A stretch of 64,000 nt of DNA from the NCBI GenBank assembly GCA_002269645.1, contig NIVC01001700.1, forward strand, positions 1 to 64,000, written 5' to 3'. The position numbers were made by a program, and so were the translations under genes. Shown one piece after another: positions 60,567-64,000 of the stretch. The notes below the pieces were generated by a model that was not told the origin of the DNA, searched no databases, and saw nothing but the letters and a program-made list of their open reading frames with translations. The number at the start of each line of letters is the position of its first letter. Within the stretch, counting starts at the first letter, position 1. Source of the stretch: Macrostomum lignano (Eukaryota).

Positions 60567-61604
60567 GGTCCAGAAGTCAAATTGTGATAGTCAAAATCGT
60601 AGACCCAATTTTATCCTATCATTTGCTCTACCACTTTTTGCAGCCTAAAACCAGCGAGGCATGCACGGCCAGAACTTTCCCGTTCAATTAATTCTTCCAT
60701 AAACTCTGTTTGCTTTCAGTGTTCTCAGTGTAATAATTAAAAATGGACTCACCTAAACTATGACTTCAACTAGAATAGTAAATACTTCGTAGATACATGT
60801 AGATACTTAATTAGGAAAGGAATTCCCTAATTAAGGGAGTTAGAAAAAATGCATTGTCAACAAAGCGTGGAGTGCTGCAGTTGCGGACAGCTGCACTCTG
60901 ACAATAAGCCACAAGTGCTTGATGACGGCATTGCAAAGGGCGAGTGCAGGCCGCCGCCCTAAAAGTCTGCCTCCACTTCAGAGAGGGTCTTTATGTCTGT
61001 TGTTTGGGGTGGGGATTGAACTACATTTAATACCAAAAGTTATTTTCAATAAAGCACAAGCGAGAAGGGTCCGTGGGAATCAGCCAGAATTGTGATAGCT
61101 CGTAGCCTGTGAACGGCGCGTTATAAGATGATGCGAACGGGGTTTTGAAGGGGTTGCCTGGAGGGAATTTATAACAAATAACTCAAGGTCTTCGATTTAA
61201 CTACGAGTATGTCTAAGCCAAGGACTACTTAAGTAGAAGGACGGCATATACGTTTCTTGGAAGATTTTAGGAAGCCGGTATTACCGAAAAAATACATTAC
61301 AAAGAGATATGAGATTTTCATTTTTTCAGAACCAAAATTGCTATTGCTTTTGATAGAAGCGAGACCCAATGTTCATCTTTGGATATGACTTGCCATTCTT
61401 ATAGCTCTATTGATGTTCACAAAGCTTTTAGTTTTAGAGCGTAAATCAAAGCTTTCATAAACTAACATACGTAGACTTTTTCTATTGAATTAGATCATTA
61501 GATCAGTACTTACATGTAGCAATCAGTGCCCCTGTTGGGGAGTCAACAAAGAATCGAATACAAATTTTTTAATAAACTACATCTAGCTTCTGACCATCTC
61601 AGAA

Positions 61605-62980
61605 ATAACCCCGTAAGCCCTGACATCTCAGCTATTCCCCCCTCCCCATAAGCCCTGACTTATTATCCTGACTTTTGAGCCCTGACTTTTGAGTTATTCA
61701 CCCTCCCCGTAAGACCTGACATCTCAGCTATTCCCCCTCCCCATAAGCCTTGACATCTCAGCTATCCCCCTCCCATAAGCCTTGACATCTCAGCTATCCC
61801 CCTCCCCATAAGCCTTGACATCTCAGCTATCCCCCCTCCTCATGAGCCTTGACATCTCAGCTATTCCCCCCCCCGTGAGCCTTGACATCTCAGCTATTCC
61901 CCCCGTGAGCCTTGACATCTCAGCTATCCCCCTCCTCATGAGCCTTGACATCTCAGCTATCCCCCTCCCCATAAGCCTTGACATCTCAGCTATCCCCCCT
62001 CCCCATAAGCCTTGACATCTCAGCTATCCCCCCTCCTCATGAGCCTTGACATCTCAGCTATTCCCCCCCCCGTGAGCCTTGACATCTCAGCTATTCCCCC
62101 CCGTGAGCCTTGACATCTCAGCTATCCCCCTCCTCATGAGCCTTGACATCTCAGCTATCCCCCCTCCCCATAAGCCTTGACATCTCAGCTATCCCCCCTC
62201 CCCATAAGCCTTGACATCTCAGCTATCCCCCCTCCTCATGAGCCTTGACATCTCAGCTATTCCCCCCCCGTGAGCCTTGACATCTCAGCTATTCCCCCCC
62301 GTGAGCCTTGACATCTCAGCCATTCCCCCCCGTGAGCCTTGACATCTCAGCCATTCCCCCCGTGAGCCTTGACATCTCAGCTATTCCCCCCCCGTGAGCC
62401 TTGACATCTCAGCCATTCCCCCCGTGAGCCTTGACATCTCAGCTATTCCCCCCGTGAGCCTTGAAATCTCAGCTATTCCCCCTCCTCATGAGCCCTGACA
62501 TCTCAGCTATTCCCCCTCCTCATGAGCCCTGACATCTCAGCTATTCCCCTCCTCATGAGCCCTGACATCTCAGCTATTCCCCCTCCTCATAAGCCTTGAC
62601 ATCTCAGCTATTCCCCCTCCTCATGAGCCCTGACATCTCAGCTATTCCCCCCTCCTCATGAGCCCTGACATCTCAGCTATTCCCCCCTCCTCATAAGCCT
62701 TGACATCTCAGCTATTCCCCCCTCCTCATAAGCCTTGAAATCTCAGCTATTCCCCCTCCTCATGAGCCCTGACATCTCAGCTATTCCCCCTCCTCATGAG
62801 CCCTGACATCTCAGCTATTCCCCCCTCCTCATAAGCCTTGACATCTCAGCTATTCCCCCTCCTCATGAGCCCTGACATCTCAGCTATTCCCCCCTCCTCA
62901 TAAGCCTTGACATCTCAGCTATTCCCCCCCGTGAGCCTTGACATCTCAGCTATTCCCCCTGTGAGCCTTGACATCTCAGG
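61605..62980. repeat. C-rich minisatellite, unit about 30-36 bp (AGCCTTGACATCTCAGCTATTCCCCC+variable)
   Basis: Direct inspection. Confidence 0.96.
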
Positions 62981-64000
62981 CCTCCATGTCAGAGGGTGGA
63001 TGGAGAGACGGAAGAGACGGAAGAGCTTTCCTGGGATGCTGCTCGTAGTTGCTGGTCAAGATGTGCTGGAGACTGACGAATTTCGAGGTACGCCTGGACT
63101 AAATCCAGGAATTACAGTTCCCGATTATGTTGAACAAGCAACGGCCTTTTTTCTGTCTATTTTGCCTCTTTGAAGACCTGGCGAAGTGGACCAACCAAAG
63201 AGCCTGGTTAGCGATTCACTCGGTCGACGCTGAGGACCGTTGTTGAAGACATTGAGAGATGCAATTGCGTTAAGGTATACGGCCCCAAGAAGGACATGAG
63301 CGCAGACGAATCTTACGTGCTGTCCAACTGGCGCTTATACGCTTTAAACAATATATTCCAACGTGGAAAACTGACGGAAAAGCGTACTTTAAACAGGCTC
63401 ACAAACTCAGTATCCAACAAAATATGCTTGCCCGATACATTTCAGTTTCAACCCACCCGTCGTCTTGGCAGATTTTCTTAAAATATTGCCAATAAAATTA
63501 AGGTTTAAAGCTCGAGAACGAATAATCCCCCATAGGAAATCGTTTTGTATCCTGCGCTAAACACACTACTGAGAGCAGGCAGAGACCCTCTTTAACCTAA
63601 CTGGGAGTGAAGGCTACCATTGAACACGATAGTTGAACCAGACACTGCAGGGAGACAGCACAGCTGCTCCGTGTTCCAGGCCAAACTGCCCCGAAGCCAT
63701 GGTTACCCGTGGCCAGGCGCCCTATTCGTAGGTTGCATGCGATCCGAGCGAAGCGAAAGAAAAATGCAGTATGTGTTCGATAGTTCCCTACTAGCAGAGG
63801 CTACCCAGCTCGTCCGTTAGCAGAGGGCTGTCCGGTTGATCGCATACTTCCCCACACGGATGGTCTTGCCTGATTACATGTAGATTCTTGTGGGTGCATG
63901 TGATTGCATTACACCGCGTTTCCGCATTCTGCTTTTGAGTCAGCTTCTGAGTTAGTCAGAACCCGAATCGAGATGATGCCCACAAAAGCTCTCTCATGCG

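Noticed and set aside
62985-63750. Possible minus-strand exons near the window end
   Set aside because: Some splice-like sites and short open frames are present, but I could not build a consistent chain or recognise a product.

Overview
Eukaryotic (animal) genomic DNA, not prokaryotic. It has spliced genes with GT-AG introns, TTAGGG-type repeats and an NPF neuropeptide gene. The gene content plus a different minisatellite in many introns suggests a free-living flatworm such as Macrostomum (inference only). I reconstructed four complete minus-strand genes by hand, with consistent exon phases: an 11-exon divergent ionotropic glutamate receptor-like channel (584-11242, about 795 aa), a neuropeptide F precursor (24160-24605), a four-EF-hand calmodulin-like protein (36338-38783) and a 5-exon divergent Wnt ligand (53243-59099, about 444 aa). 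Mobile DNA: two full-length but decayed LOA-like LINEs (APE-RT-RNase H), each with an exact 13-bp TSD; a 5'-truncated relative nested in an RTE-like remnant; a MITE with long TIRs; two tRNA-derived SINE families; and a Gypsy integrase scrap. Roughly a quarter of the window (about 17 kb by my boundaries) is tandem repeat, and most long ORFs in the supplied track are artefacts of it. The best novelty candidate is a conserved RNA pseudoknot, with compensatory base changes, at the exact 5' end of both full-length LINEs. It does not fit the HDV-like or hammerhead consensus. Next best are the iGluR and Wnt proteins, which have lost canonical functional motifs.
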